64,000 nucleotides of DNA from positions 496,001-560,000 of the forward strand of contig RSEE01000019.1 in assembly GCA_003971905.1 (NCBI GenBank), in the 5' to 3' direction. Every line of letters starts with the position of its first letter. Positions within the stretch are counted from its first letter, which is position 1. Below are positions 40,465-55,594 of this stretch, one piece after another. The position numbers were made by a program, and so were the translations under genes. Source of the DNA: Moniliella sp. 'wahieum' (taxonomy: Eukaryota). The notes under the pieces are model-generated. The model made no database searches. It was not told where the DNA came from and saw only the letters and a program-made list of their open reading frames with translations.

Positions 40465-42314
40465 TATATCCTACTGTCACCTGCTACACTCTCCCTCATT
40501 ACGATGATCGATGAACGCCAGCTTAAACCTCCCTTCCTCTTTCCATAGTGTGGCATCTGGAATCTGACACCGGCCCGGGTAATATGGAATGGCAAAAATA
40601 GTGGGTGGCCTTGTGTTGACCAAGGGGGTCTAAGGGCCAGCCACCTCCGAGATCACTCTGACCCTCTCTGACACATCCGGGCACCGCGCGAGGATCCCTA
40701 TCCCCTGGCCTAATGCCACTCTCCTTATCTTCCTCAATCTATGTTCAACGTGTTCAACGTTCAACTGCTGTCTTCTCACCGCATAACTGAGGCAACCGCG
40801 CAGTTAATCACGTGACTATCGTAGGCTCGTGCGCTCACATGCCACGTGTCACGTGTGGCGGTGCATCACACTGATTTCGGTGACCGGTGACCTTGGGGTG
40901 ACCGGTGAGTATTCAAATGAAGCGCTACGCGTCACGAGAGGCTGGCGGCGTGCACACGGCTTTCAATATCGTGCCCCGCACAAGGCGCAGGCACCAGGAC
41001 ACTGTGCCAGGTATATGAAACAGGTCTTGATCGGCTCGATCAGCTTGATTCACTCGCTCCTCAAAACCCGAAGTCATCAAAAGAGGTTCGGGTAACCTAT
41101 ATCAAAGCCAATATCGCGGGGAAGAAGGCTGCGATATAACGAGGCCCTAGTGAGAGACGAGCCATGGCCTGAATGCATATAACAAAGGCCCCTGAGATAT
41201 GAGAGCCAGGGTGCCTGCGCATACATACGCCACACCGCCCCCACCACAACCACACTGCACAGCGGGAGGAGAAGGTCTCTTCTATCATCTACTCAACTAC
41301 TCAGGGGCTGAGTGAAGTGTATATGGGCTCGTTTTTGCTCCAACATTCGTGCAAGTATTAGGATGTCGTTCGCATTAGATAACACAACAGAGACAACGGC
41401 GTACGTTCGTCCAAAAAAGCCCAACGACCAATCTAATTTGATGCGTCGACCTTTTTACGTACAACAACAGGACAAAAGGGCCGAAGAGCAGCTCGCCGAC
41501 GGTGGGGGGGGCATATACATCCAAGGTAGCGCCAACGGGAGTAAAAGCAGGCGCCGATATATATTGCGCCGCTGTCCCGCTGAAAAAACGTCCGTTCTTC
41601 CACGTTCAACGTTCAACGTTCATTAATCAATGTTCCCATGCTCACAACATTTTCCCTACGGTGCTATACACTGTGGTACCTGTAGCCTTATTTCATGAAA
41701 ACGTCATGAACTGATTTGGATATAGTGTTAGCATTGCAATCCACGGAAGATACCACGTAACAACTTACCAGGACGTGTGCACACACATTGGTTTGAAATG
41801 GGAGTAGCCAATCGATGATTTCGATGATCGGTGGAAAAGCAGAGCCAACCTTATATACATTTGCCCGTTTTGTGTATGCCCTTTGACCCGTTGACCCTCG
41901 AAACAGCCTCACGCGACCCGCGCTTCAACGCTCCCAGGGTCTTAGGCTCAGGCGGGAGGGACAGAGCCCCTTTGTACAAGGGTCCCCAACAAGTCCCACC
42001 CACACATCTCTTGGTATCTTCTCCCACTCCCCAATATCTTCATCAAACTCCTTCTCTCGGACCTCGGTGTACATATCCCTGTGCCTCGACCTCAGGGGTC
42101 CTTAATCCTTAGACCTACTGTTGTCACCGCTGATTTCTCCGCCATCGAAAAAAGCTTCAATTAGCACCCCTCTCTCACAGTCAGTTCTCCACCACAGAAA
42201 CCACCACCATTAACTTCCTCAGGCCTCAGGAAACGTTCCGCCATCAAGCTCACCCCCCCACAACCTATTCTACTTCACTCCTCATCAACCACAACCCCTA
42301 TCCCCTCCACCCCC

Positions 42315-44756
42315 ATGCGTCCATACCGCGCTACAAGTGCGCCTGCACGGTCGTTTTGGTTCTCGCCGTCCTCTTCTCTATACTTCCTCTCGTCTCGTCC
42401 GCCTTGGTGCCTGTTCGGACCAACGGGCGACGTAAGATCACCAGCCGGGCTGCTCCCACTGCTCCGAATGGCATCAGCAGTACTGGCAAACCTTTCCATG
42501 GTCAAGCGTTTGACTACGGTCAGTCCCCCCTCTTCCTCTTCCCACGATATCTGTGTCGTTCTAGATGAACAGGACACGGCATTTCCATGTCCATTAATTC
42601 CTCACGTATCTGACAATTTCCCCTCTCAGTCGTGGTCGGCGGCGGCACTGCTGGTTTGACTGTAGCCTCGCGACTGTCCGAGGACAGTTCCGTCACTGTG
42701 GCGGTGATTGAGGCTGGTATTAGCGGTGAGGGCGATACGACGCTCACCACTCCAAATGGCATGGTGCGTGTATGACCCCCGAGATCAACAGCCTTCATGT
42801 TGTCTCTCTTGCGATTCACCGCCGGCATTCTATTGACCTCCCTTATTCTGCCATATGCCTATGGCGTTCCAACAAAAAAGCTCTACAACACGTCGGAACA
42901 CACTATCAAAGACTGGGCGGATAACACCATCAACCAGACCGGGTTGGGCGGCCGTTCAATCTACTACCCTCGCGGAAAAGTGCTTGGTGAGTGTCTTCCA
43001 TTGTGTGCTTTTTTTACTTCATTTTGTGATGCAGTTTTTCGCTTACACTATTCTATCTGATTCGGCAAGGTGGGCAAGCGCTATCAATGGAATGTATATG
43101 GTTCGCCAACCTGCGTTGGAGCAAGCAAGCTGGGCCAATCTGGCAGCCAACATCAGCGCAAACGCCAGCAAGACATGGGGCTGGGACAATATGTTGGCAG
43201 CCATGAAGAAGTCGGAAACCTTCACGCCCCGAGCGACAGTGTGGTAGCGGCTGTCACCTCTGGTGCAGGTAACCAGAATGTTCTCGGCTACAATAACGGT
43301 TCGCACGGTACCTCAGGAAATATCCATGCCAGTTGGCCGGGCGTGTCCTACGAGTCGGTCGGGGGATTTTTGGAGGGAGCTTCCCAAACGCTTAACATTC
43401 CAGTAAACCAAGATCCTGACAATGGGAACAACACGGGGCCATTCCTTAGCACTTCTGCCATCAATCCGTCCAATTGGACCCGTTCCTTTTCTCGTTCAGG
43501 CTATCTTGACCCATTTGTCGCCCGGCCAAATCTGTTTGTCTTGACCGGGCACCAAGCGACCAAGATCATGTTTGACACTTCTACCCCTCCCAGGGCGACA
43601 GGAGTACAGTTTGCAGCATCACGCAACGGCACTGTGCAGACGGTGAATGCGAACAAGGAGGTCATCCTTTCTGCCGGTGTCATCGGCTCCCCTCAACTGC
43701 TACAGTTGTCTGGGATCGGTGATGAGTCTGTCCTATCCCCCGTTGGGATCAAACAGGTGGCAAACGTGCCAGGGCGTCGGGTTCCACATGCAAGACCACT
43801 TAAGTGGTGCCGTCTCCTACACGTCATCCCCTGGAACGGCTATGCCTGTCACTGCCATGACCGGCAACGCCAAGAACGATAGTTTCAGTAACGCTGCTGT
43901 GGCCTACGTGCCCATCGGGACCGTATTGGACAAGAACCAGCTCATTTCCAATCTCACATCATCTCTGGATGAGTTCGTTTCCGCGTACGATGCTCCGGCG
44001 ACTGTCCAAGAAGGCTACCGTGCTTCGCTCAACGAGTTGATTGTCAACATGTACCCTAATGATGCTCCAGCCATTGAAATCCTGTGGTTCATGGCGTTTG
44101 ATTCTATCAGTATTCAATGCGGCCTCCAACACCCTACATCTCAAGGGTCAGTCAAGATCACATCCTCCAACGCCTTTGACTTGCCCGCCATTGATCCCGC
44201 CTACCTGAAGAATGCGATCGATATTGACGTCCTGCGAGGAGGATGTCAACTGGCACGGAAAATCGGCCAGTCAGGGGCTGTGAAACCTTTTGTGTCCACA
44301 GAAACGACACCAGGAGCCAACGTTCAGTCCGATGACCAATGGAACAGCTTTATACAGCAACAGTTCGCTACGGAATACCACCCGAGCAGCTCCTGCGCCA
44401 TGCTTCCCCTTTCTCAAGGTGGTGTGGTTGATGATCACCTTCGGTGTACAACACTCAGGGCTTGCGCGTCGTCGATGCTTCAGTTCCCCCCATTACATTC
44501 TCCCAGCATCTTCTTACCGTCACATACGGAATTGGGGAAATTGGCGCTCAACTTATCGCTCAGGACAATGCCCTCCCACCCCCGGTGCCTCTGGCTCTTC
44601 CTCCAGCTCAAGCCCTCTGGTTCGTCAGCGCGTAATGGAGGGGCGCCGAGTTCTACTTCTTCGCCGAAGACATCTGATTCCATCCCTCAGTACAGCGTCA
44701 AGATGACAGCCATTTCGCTCTTGATTGTTGTGGTAGTGTACATTCAAAACCTATGA
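42315..44756 (+). CDS. Secreted GMC oxidoreductase (CAZy AA3-like) with a hydrophobic C-terminal tail
   Basis: FDY, an intron, then VVGGGTAGLTVASRLSE...VAVIEAG; PRGKVLG...SAINGM; KEVILSAGVIGSPQLLQLSGIG; EYHPSSSCAM; GLRVVDAS...SQHL. The N-terminus is hydrophobic (VLAVLFSILPLVSSA). Confidence 0.95.
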
Positions 44757-47237
44757 GTGTGAATCCTATACCCCAACAAAGAGCTACCACAGTCAACCCC
44801 GTCATCCCCCCTGCCCGTCATCAACGATCGGCCTCGCGTCAATACCGACAAGGGCCATTTCATCTCCTCAGATGTAATACGTTGTTATATCTCAACACCT
44901 TTTTACCTTCTGTACCCTTTCCCATCTGTGGACTTTTACATTTATTCTCGTTTGCTTTCACTCTCCCCTCTCCTTGTTTTCTTTTCGTATCTCGTCTCGC
45001 TCTGACCTGAAGCTTGACAAGCCTCAGCCTGAGGACTTTTGTTCGCTGATTCTACCACCATCTTCAGCAACTCTCACGAAGAGCAACAGAGGCATGGTTA
45101 CCATGCCTTTGTGTCTGTGTTTTGCCCTTAAGCCTCAAGCCAAACCTTGGGGGGAATGTGGGTTGTGTGGCCTTAATTCCTCTCAAGCCTTTTTCGAGAT
45201 CGGACATTTGCTCCAAGGCACTCAACGCTGCCCTCTTGATGATCATTTCCTCACGATGTTTTTCACGTTTTCTTGCCAACGAGATCATGACGATCGATGA
45301 TGATTCGTGATACCAAACCGTATAGAAGGCACCATATACTCACATCAGAGTGTCACCGACAAAAATATACAGTCTCGATAGAAGATCGCATACTAGCCTA
45401 TGTGATGGTCATATCGATGACAGAAGTCCCAGACTGTACGTCCGACCACAAAAGCGAGTTCCACACCCAAATCTCTGCAGGTTGTCCGATTGATTCGATC
45501 ACTTGTGCTATATATACCTGTCATCCAATCTTCCTTTCTCTCCCATTCTGTTCCCGCAAAACACAGAAACTCCACATCTGTACTGCTGTCTGTTTACCCC
45601 TCCCATGCATCCATCATCACACCCTACCCTCCATCATAGCGTTACATAGTAGCCTATACACGTAATAATAGTTCGGACTTTTGGCTTCCCCCCGACGGAG
45701 CAACAGAGGGGGGGTTATAACCATAACCTCAAGAGCCGAGAACTGTCATCGTTGGGAACGACAGCAGTATGATGTGCATGATGCGCTACCCTCACAACAC
45801 GCTTCTGGCCAACTAGTTAATATTAGTCGCGTATACCCTTAGGCTCAGCGCTCATTATTCGCATCCGCATCCTCTCGCGCGCTTAACTTTTTGGTTTGGG
45901 ATGAAGGAATGGCAGGTGCTACAGGGTCCTGTGTTGACATGTGACATGTGACAGGCCGGCAGTAACTTAACTAGCTAGTAACTAACGCCTTTCGCCTTCT
46001 GATGGGGTAGGTGTATAAGCTCTGCGTATCAGCGCGTGAGATCGAAGAGAGCCGACAGCAAACAGTGGATGTGCGAGCCGGTCAGGCAATGGGCCTGTTA
46101 CGCGTCTGATGTATTATGGCCCTGTTCGGTTTGCAAACCCATGGATACGAAGGCAGGGGCGGAGGAACCGCAACGGTAGGCCGCCCACGTGCTACCTGCT
46201 TCCTAATGAAGCTGGTGAGATCGGTGAGATCTGAGATCAAAGTGAGTGCTATGCTTATGCTTATGCGCGTTGCGCGATGCATGATGCACAATGGATGACT
46301 GGTGATTTGTCACCTGGGAGTGTTCCTATTTCCTATTTAGTAGTTAGTAGTTAGTAGGCACTGTAGGGTACTGCCGATCCGTCTCGGGCGATCTGCACGC
46401 TGACTGGTGCTGGGCTAGTCTGGAAGCCCGCTGGAGCTTATCTTGGCGGTGCGCGTGTGTGTGCGCGGGTGCGTGGTGTGCATCGGCGTGGGAGGAGTAT
46501 CAGTGCACCACGGGCATGGGGCCACACTGTCCAACGTCCCTCCCTAAGCCCCTGCCGCACACCTAGGCCGAGTGGAGCCAGTGGCGCCACCAGGCATGGC
46601 ACGGCAGCATGACAGCCCGGGAGCACGGCAGCAGGCGGCACACGGCAGCTCACGGCGGGCTGGCGTGTGCATATGCCCCGGATGCGATGGATGGAACGGG
46701 GCCAGTGTGTTCGATGGTGCCTTGGCATTGAGACCTGAAGCTGGAGGCTTGAAGCTGGCCGGAGGCCGCAGTCAGACGCGCAGCCGATCATCTGCTGGCA
46801 CGTCAGGCCTCAGGCCTCAGGGCACACCCTTCCGTCCTTCCCGTTCAAGGTAGGCTAGGCCCTCGGGCGGAGTCCTGCTACTACATGCACTACAGCAGCC
46901 TACACCAACTCTCTGAATGGCATCCGCGAGATCAATATTCAATGAGATCATCTTAGGCCTAGGCATTCGGCCTCGCAGCCCCTTCAGGCATCATGCATCA
47001 TGCGCACCGGTCACCAGCTCCCCAGCCGCGGACGCTCAGTCTGGCCCAGCCAGCCCTTTGCCCTCTGCGTCGATCGCCGCTTGCTATCATCAACGTCCAA
47101 CCTCCAGCCCGTCCGCCTTGCTGCAATCTCCACCGCTGGCTTCGGTGTTCACTTTTCCCCTCCTCCGCCTTTCCATCTGCCCTCTCCCTGCCCACAACCT
47201 CAGTCTTGCACATCCGCCTACCACACGCTCTTTCCTC

Positions 47238-48610
47238 ATGGCTCGTCTATCGTTCGTTGCGGGTCTACTGGCCCTGATAGCCCCAGCCACTGCTCTCTCC
47301 AACCCTCAAGTCAGGCAGCATCCGCCTCACATGCGCCACCCGGGCCGGTCCCTCTCCACCCATGCTCACGCTCACGCCGCTCCCGCACCTGCTGCCCGTC
47401 ACGCCTACTTGGCCAACCACACGCTCTCGGACCGTAGCCTCGATAAGCGTAGCGGTGAAGCCACTTGGTACCACCCTGTAACCGAAGGAGGTGCCCAGAG
47501 TTCATGCGGGGCTGGCTGTCCGATTCCACCCCTGCTGTGGCGCTTTCTCAAGTCGGCTGGGCGTACTTTGCCAATCAAGGTATCAGCGCATCCGAGTTGT
47601 GCTACAAAGCCATCACCATCACTGCCCCTGATGGTGCGAACCGCCCAGGCGCAGATTATGGACCAATGCCCTCAGACCGGTAACACCTGTGGCAACATTG
47701 CACGTATTCACTCTTTTTTCTTGGACCTAGTTGAACTTGAGCTGACCGGCGATCCCTTTTCTTCAGTGCGATATCGACCTGACTTATGGCTGTTTGGAGA
47801 GCTGGCCGACCACAATGTCGGTATCTTCCCGGTTAAATGGGCATTCAACGATGGCACGTACTCTCCTTGCGGCCCCAACGGCGGTGGGTCAGCTAAGCCC
47901 ACACACGATCCCTCCAACTCTGGTTCGTCCGGTGACAACGAAGCCAAATCCAAGTCCCTGGCTGCTGTCTTCTGCTTCGGCTGCCTTGCTGCTTTGCTGC
48001 ATCCGCTGCTTCTGCTGCCTCTGCCAAAGCGGGCAAAAATCCGAGTCTCTTGCGTCAGTCCATTCGGCTGAAGCCGCTGCCTCTGCTGCTTCTGCGGCAT
48101 CTGCTGCTTCCGCTGCATCGGTTGCATCGGCTTCCGCTGCCAGGGCGGAGCATAAGTCTGGTCGCTTGCTTCGCTCTATTCGAAGGAATCCGCCGCATCC
48201 GTTGCTTCTGTGGCTTCCGCATCATCTGTATCGGCTGCTCAAGCATGGCGCTCTCACACTTCCCTTGTTGCGGCATCTAAATCTTCTGCCGCCGAGGCAG
48301 CTGCTTCGAAAGCATCTGTCGCCTCGCTCGCATCGATCGTATCCGCTCAGAGCCTAGCGTCACATATCCCCTCGCCAGTGTGGCCTCCCAGGCCTCCGTA
48401 CTCAGTGTCTCGTCTCTTGCTTCCGTCTCCTCGGTTTCAAGATCTCTTTCGCTGGTGTCCGCGTCCCAAGCAGCTGCATCTGTTGCTTCCGTTGCGTCGG
48501 TGCAAAGTGTGAGCAGGGAATCGGTCGCAAGTGCGTCCAAATCATCGGCTTTGGCCAGTGCTTCAGCCACATCAATGTCAACCGCGTCAACAACATATAT
48601 GCCGTCTTGA
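47238..48610 (+). CDS. Secreted expansin/loosenin-like DPBB (RlpA-like) protein with a long Ser/Ala-rich tail
   Basis: Signal MARLSFVAGLLALIAPATA; KR-SGEATWY...SCG; VALS; LCYKAITIT; AQIMDQCP, an intron, then DL...LFGELA...GIFPVKW. The tail is SAASAASAA-type low-complexity sequence. Confidence 0.82.
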
Positions 48611-49841
48611 CAAGATGGCCAACTACGCCAAGCCTTCTTCATCTTGATCTAACTGTTCACTTGCGCTACTGCGTCGGTCTCCCTCGTCAGGTGAAATCCG
48701 TTTGTCCTGCTTCCGTTCCTTTGGTCAATTCCACGGCTGGCTTCCGTTGGTGCTATCAACATTCCTTTCTTCTTTTTGTCATTGGGACGCCCCTGTCGGG
48801 TATCCGTGTCGTTTTTATGTTAACACGTAAACCCGCCGGATGCTCCATCTTACCCCCTACCCCCCCATCCACGCCTTTGTCCATTTTACCTGTGCGGTGA
48901 TCATTACCTGTGTTTGCGAGCTACTCTCTTGGTGCCCGCCCCCTGGCGGGATCGCCCCCAGAGCATCGTATCCATCATGATGGTGGCCATACCCTTTTTT
49001 TCTTGATGCGATCCCCATTTTCTCTCAAAACGTGGCGCATACTGCCTATTCATGCGTCCATGTATCTGCATCGTTTCGGGGGGGATATAGCATGTCAGAA
49101 TCACACCGTGCTAGGGGGCCCTTGCCCACTAGGCCCGTATGGGCACTATGGCGTGATTCCTATCAGTTGGGAGATCCTGTGTCCACCCTCGACTGTGCCC
49201 CCTTCCTGAGGAGGTCATATACCTCCTCTGCGTCCATAGATGTATGCAATCCATCTGCTTCCCTTCCCCCATCTCCGCCCTGACATAGCACCTGCACGCA
49301 AGAAAGGCCCTGCTCGCGCCTCATGAGGAGAATTGGGAACCCAGGTTGATACAATTGATGTCCACCAGGAAAGGCACTGATAGGGCCGGCGGATGCAATG
49401 AAAATCACTAACCTAGCACTCACTGCCTGCGGGTGAGTCCGGCAACCACGGAAGACGAAGGACACTGTTGTTCTGCGGGCTCGGAAAGGAACGATTCCAA
49501 CCAGCGCAGCGCAGTGTCATGGACCGAGAGTTATGAGCACAAGACATGTGCTGGCGCTGTGCGAAGACCCGCCACACGTGGGCACCAGAGCCATCGGGTC
49601 GTGCCGTGGCCCGCACACTGCCCCCACGCTGGCGCTTGGGCCTTGCTGTCTTTGCCGGCCGTGCGGCGAGCGGTGGGCGGCAGTAGTAACCGAGTGAGCA
49701 GCAGCAGGGCAGCCTGTAGGAGCTGCGGCTGTGGTACGCCGCTCCAAGCCCCGCCGCCGCAATGGCCGTGGCGAGGGCGGCAGCGCCGTAAATCTCCCTA
49801 GTGGTTTCCCTCCACCACTACCCGCCTCGTTCGTCGCCATC

Positions 49842-51127
49842 ATGCGTGCTGTTGCTACCGCCCCCCTTCCGTGCCGCTGCCCGCGCCGCCGTCTCTTCGC
49901 GCTTTGCTGCTCGTGCCACCCCTGTCGTGGCCCAGCAGGTGCGCAACCTGAGCCTGCATGAGTCCATGGGTGTTCTCAATGAGTACGGCGTGCCCACCCC
50001 CAAGTTCGCTTCTGCCTCCTCGCCTGCTGAGGCCAAGGCGGCCGCCGATAAGTTTCCTCAAGGATCTGTTATCAAGGCCCAGGTGCTAGCCGGTGGGCGT
50101 GGTAAGGGCCACTTTGACAACGGCCTCCAAGGCGGGGTGCATTTGCTCAAGAACCCGGCGGAGGCCGAGACGCTCGCTTCGCAAATGATTGGTGCCAACT
50201 TGATCACCAAGCAGACTGGCAAGGACGGTCGCATCTGCAACAAGGTCGTCATTGCCGAGGCCCGTGCCCCTCACCACGAATACTACGTTCGCTGCTCAAC
50301 GACCGTGCCACTCAGGGCCCTGTCCTCATTGCGTCGAACCAGGGTGGTATGTCGATTGAGGATGTGGCCAGGAGAACCCCGATGCCATCATCACTACCCA
50401 ATTGACTTCAAGGAGGGCCTTACCGAGGCCAAGGCGCTCGAGATTGCCCACAACTTGGCTTCACTGGCCCTGAACAGGAGAAGGAGGCTGCCAAGATCTT
50501 TGTCAACTGTACAAGCTCTTTGAAGAGAAGACGCCACCCAGGTCGAAATCAACCCTCTTGCCGAGACCAAGGATGGCGCTGTGCTCTGCATGGACGCCAA
50601 GCTGGGCTTTGATGACAATGCCGAGTTCCGCCAGCTGATATCTTTGCCCAGCGTGATGTGTCCCAGGAGAACGCGGCCGAGGTGGAGGCAGCCGAGGTGG
50701 GTCTCAACTACATCCAACTTGATGGCAACATTGCTTGCCTCGTCAACGGTGCTGGTCTTGCCATGGCCACCATGGACGTGCTGAGCTGAAGGGTGGCGAC
50801 CCGGCCAACTTCCTTGATGTCGGTGGTGGTGCGACCGCTGAGGCCGTCAAGAAGGCCTTCGAGATCATTCTCCGCTCCGACAAGGTCAAGGCTATCTTTG
50901 TCAACATCTTTGGTGGCATCATGCGTTGCGATGTGATTGCCGAAGGTATCATCCAGGCTACCAAGGAGCTGGATCTTTCGGTTCCCCTTGTCGTGCGTCT
51001 GCAGGGTACCAAGGAGATGGAGGCCAAGGCCATGATCAAGGAGTCGGGCTTGAAGATTTACTCCTTTGATGGCTTGGACGAGGCGCTGCTGCCGCCGTCG
51101 AGGCTGCCGCCAAGGGCAGTCTCTAAA
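49842..51127 (+). CDS. LSC2: Succinyl-CoA ligase beta subunit, mitochondrial
   Basis: Arg/Ala-rich presequence ending [60 protein letters not shown] and [10 protein letters not shown]. Confidence 0.97.
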
Positions 51128-52148
51128 AGGGCTGACTGATATTGAGGTGGACGATGCCGATGGGTTGGACGTTGGTGGGCCAACGCGAGCCTGTGCTTGC
51201 ATTTTTTTTTCTTTACCGCCCGAATCCTTCTCCGAATCTCAACTGAATGCCCTGAGCCATATTCACGCACCACCACCTTCCTTTTAACTCCCACCATCCC
51301 TTTGCCAGATTTCCCTGAGCCGAGATGGTCTCCCGGCCGTTGCAATCGTACGCTGATGACTTGCCCGACTAGCTCAATTCGATGGAAAACCCGCTGTGCC
51401 ACTGAGTACTGAGTGGGCAAAGTGGCCCATATACGATGAGGTACATCTGCAACAGTTGGCTGAGCTGAGAAGCAAGCTGAAATGGGGGTGCCTCGAAGGG
51501 AACGTCTTGTGACGCGTGACGCGTGACGCGTGACGGAAGGAGAGGGTGGAGTACGGAGTGGGAATCGCGCCCAAGGCGGCGGCAGTGGAGTGCCTAAGAG
51601 GGCTCGAGGTGGAAACCGAAAGTGCAGAGTGTGCTTGTGTCACATGACAGCGGCCAGTGCCCGTCGGCTCCAATCTCCCTCGGATGTGAACTGGCGGCAT
51701 CCAGGGCATACATGGCGGTTGAGCGCGGTAAAGCCTCTCGATCTCGATCTCAAATGGTGCATGTGATCACTGATCGATGGTCGATCATCGACTCGTGTCT
51801 CACAGCGTTGCAAGTGGAGGACGTAACCAATTGAGGCTGGAAGAAGTTGTGCGTCACCGGGTCACCTGTGCATGGAACATGGATTGACCTTCACTTCGAG
51901 CTCCACCTACCAACCGTCATCGACGTTGAACGTTCAACTGAACGTTCAACGTCCACGCCCAACATGTGTTGTCAACGTTCACAATGAACTGAACTGAAGG
52001 GGCTGAAGCTGCTGAAGGTGAAGCGCTGCAGCGGGCGTACGCGTAAGATCTAACAGCGTAAGCACTGAGGCTGCCGGCTTACCGCTTAAACGTTTAAACC
52101 CCAGCCCACTACCAAATCTGAATCTGACGTCACTTTAGCCCAGCGGGT

Positions 52149-52178
52149 GGGCACTGGCGGGCACTGGCGGGCACTGCG
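52149..52178. repeat. 10-bp tandem repeat (GGGCACTGGC) x about 3
   Basis: Read directly. Confidence 0.85.
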
Positions 52179-53140
52179 TTGGGCAGCGACGGATACGTGT
52201 TTGTTGGAGTGTGGTGGCATGTGGCACCACTTGGTGTGATGGCTGGATCGGCCATGTCGCTGGCAAGCGGAACTGGCTATAGAGCTCCGCAACTCGCGCG
52301 CTCCGGATTGGTTACCGTCGCGCCCTCGTTCCCCTCCTTCCTCTTCTCCCTGTTGCATTGAAGGTTGGACTAGCGTCAGGAGCTTACAAGAAGCTATCTC
52401 TGAATGTTCCCACCCTGCACAGTGCAATCGTCCTTAGCTTGGTAGCGTAGCTACTTCTCAGTTAACGGACAACCGCGGTTCTGGGCTCTCATTGGTGTGA
52501 CCGATTCATCGCGCTCACCCATTGATCGCCTAGTCTAGTGCTTCGCCCTAGCCCCCAATCTTTCAGTGTTGAATGTTGGTGGGACTCGGTTGTACACCAC
52601 TTGCTCGCCAGGCCAAAGTGGCTCGAGCGGGATGCAAACCAAATTTGCGGACTGCCTGATGATATCTATCACAGGCTCTGCTCCACACACCACCCACAAG
52701 CGCTAGCACCAGGCCCAGCAGGCAGCCGCTACCCAGCACAGTAACCGCACGCACCAGCCCCGTCTTCTTCGCCTCCAGTCGGGAGGTGATCGGCGTCGGT
52801 CGCACTGCATCAGCCCTCTCGATGTCGGTGCCCTTCTCAGCTTAGCCTGAGCGTAGCCGCAGCGCCCGAACGCACCCAACCCATCACAGCGCCCCTACGG
52901 ACTGTTTCTGCGTTGTTCATGTTGTTTGAAGATGATGTCGATGATGGGGCGAGCGCCCCAAGTGGGTACAGCCGCGCTCTCTCAGCCCTGGACCTGAGCC
53001 CGAAGAGGTCTCTCTCAGCACGCCCACAGCTCACTCAGTAGTCACTGGATCCGCATACTGTGGCCGAACATCCCCGTCTCCAAAATCAAACCGTAAACGG
53101 CAAGCCTGGGACCAGCTTGCTGTTGCGTCCGTGCGCCTCG

Positions 53141-53314
53141 CAGCTCTCAGCAGCTCTCAGCACCTCTCAGCTTCGGTCGGTGCTCATCGACATCTCCCAC
53201 CTCCTTGTCTATTTAAACCAGCCTCCTTGCTGCCCATCTCGGTGTTTCTACCAGAGCCTCGTCTCCTAACAACTCTACCCCACCTTCTTCTCCACCCTTT
53301 CCTCACTCCTCACA
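53141..53314 (+). promoter_or_regulatory. GAPDH core promoter: (CAGCTCTCAG)x3, TATA-like TATTTAAA at about 53210, CT-rich leader
   Basis: Elements read directly upstream of the ATG at 53315; their function is inferred from position. Confidence 0.5.
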
Positions 53315-54385
<1,071 letters not shown>

Positions 54386-55594
54386 GTGGTCAGATCACCA
54401 TTGTCTTGCCCGGTATGCCGGGCCTGCACGACAACTTCATTGAGCTGTACGAAATCTTGATTTTCTTTGCATCTTTTACACATGATCATAATCTGTCAGT
54501 AGTTTGGAATGGCGCGTCGAGAAGCCTCTTCGATGGCTGGAGCAAGATAAGTACGGCAAGAGCCTTTCTTCCCCTTGGTCATGATGACGCTATGATACTA
54601 TGCCACCAGAAGCAGGCGAGCAAGACGTTTGGGCACTGGAGAGAATTACCTCTAATGAGAGTCTCAATGAAGTCTACCACACTAAACATTCGTATCCACA
54701 CGCGTTACTTATTGGGTCTGGAAACGAATGGCGGGCGCCAGAGGGCCCGACCTGCTGGCAACTCCACTGGTCTCCTATAATTGGGTTTGGCACTAACTGT
54801 CAACACCACACGCTGAATGTGCAGATTTGTTATAGGCGCGCAACGTTTCTTTGTCGCAGCCTTAAGTTCTGAAAATGATATGAGTGTAACAGTAGCATCT
54901 GATTCTGAAGATGCAGTGTATACTGTTGGCCCCGTCTTCTTCGGATGCACACAACGTCCACAATGATCCGTTACTGTCTTCAGCTGTTCCCTCAGGTTTG
55001 ATTGAGCACTGAGCGCATTACATCAGAGCCCATCCGTTGGTAAATTTACTCCACTGTCCTCACCCTCCGTTTCACTGCTTCTCACAGACTATTGGCGGAA
55101 ACGAGATGTGACATTGTAGGCTTTAAGAGCTACAATTTCTGCAAAAGAGCTTGGTGTTGAGGATTCAGACTGCAACTCCACCGATATACTCCCTGCTTTT
55201 TAGCTTCAGCGACATTTGTGCCCTCCCATTTTCCCGTCTGCTCTCTTTCCTCACCCCGACCCATCTGTCCGACCTCCCTCATTCAATTGCTCGCCTCATT
55301 GGCTTCTTTCCTCAGTTTAATCAGTTCCCCTGTATAGTATGCCAGTACATGCAAAGACGTTCTACCATGCTCCCATTTGGGCGCATCCCGAACGTTCTAA
55401 CTCGCTCTTCAAGCTTGAAATTGCTTTCCAACGTCAAAATGCACCTAGGACCCAGGACCCATGTTCCTCCAACATTCTTGTGGAAGCATGATGAGCGCTC
55501 AGCTGAGCAGTGAGGAGCTACATGAGAGAAAGTGGGATGGCGAAACAGTGGTCCGATGAAGATTGGGCATGAGCGAATCCATTTTGCGCAGAAC

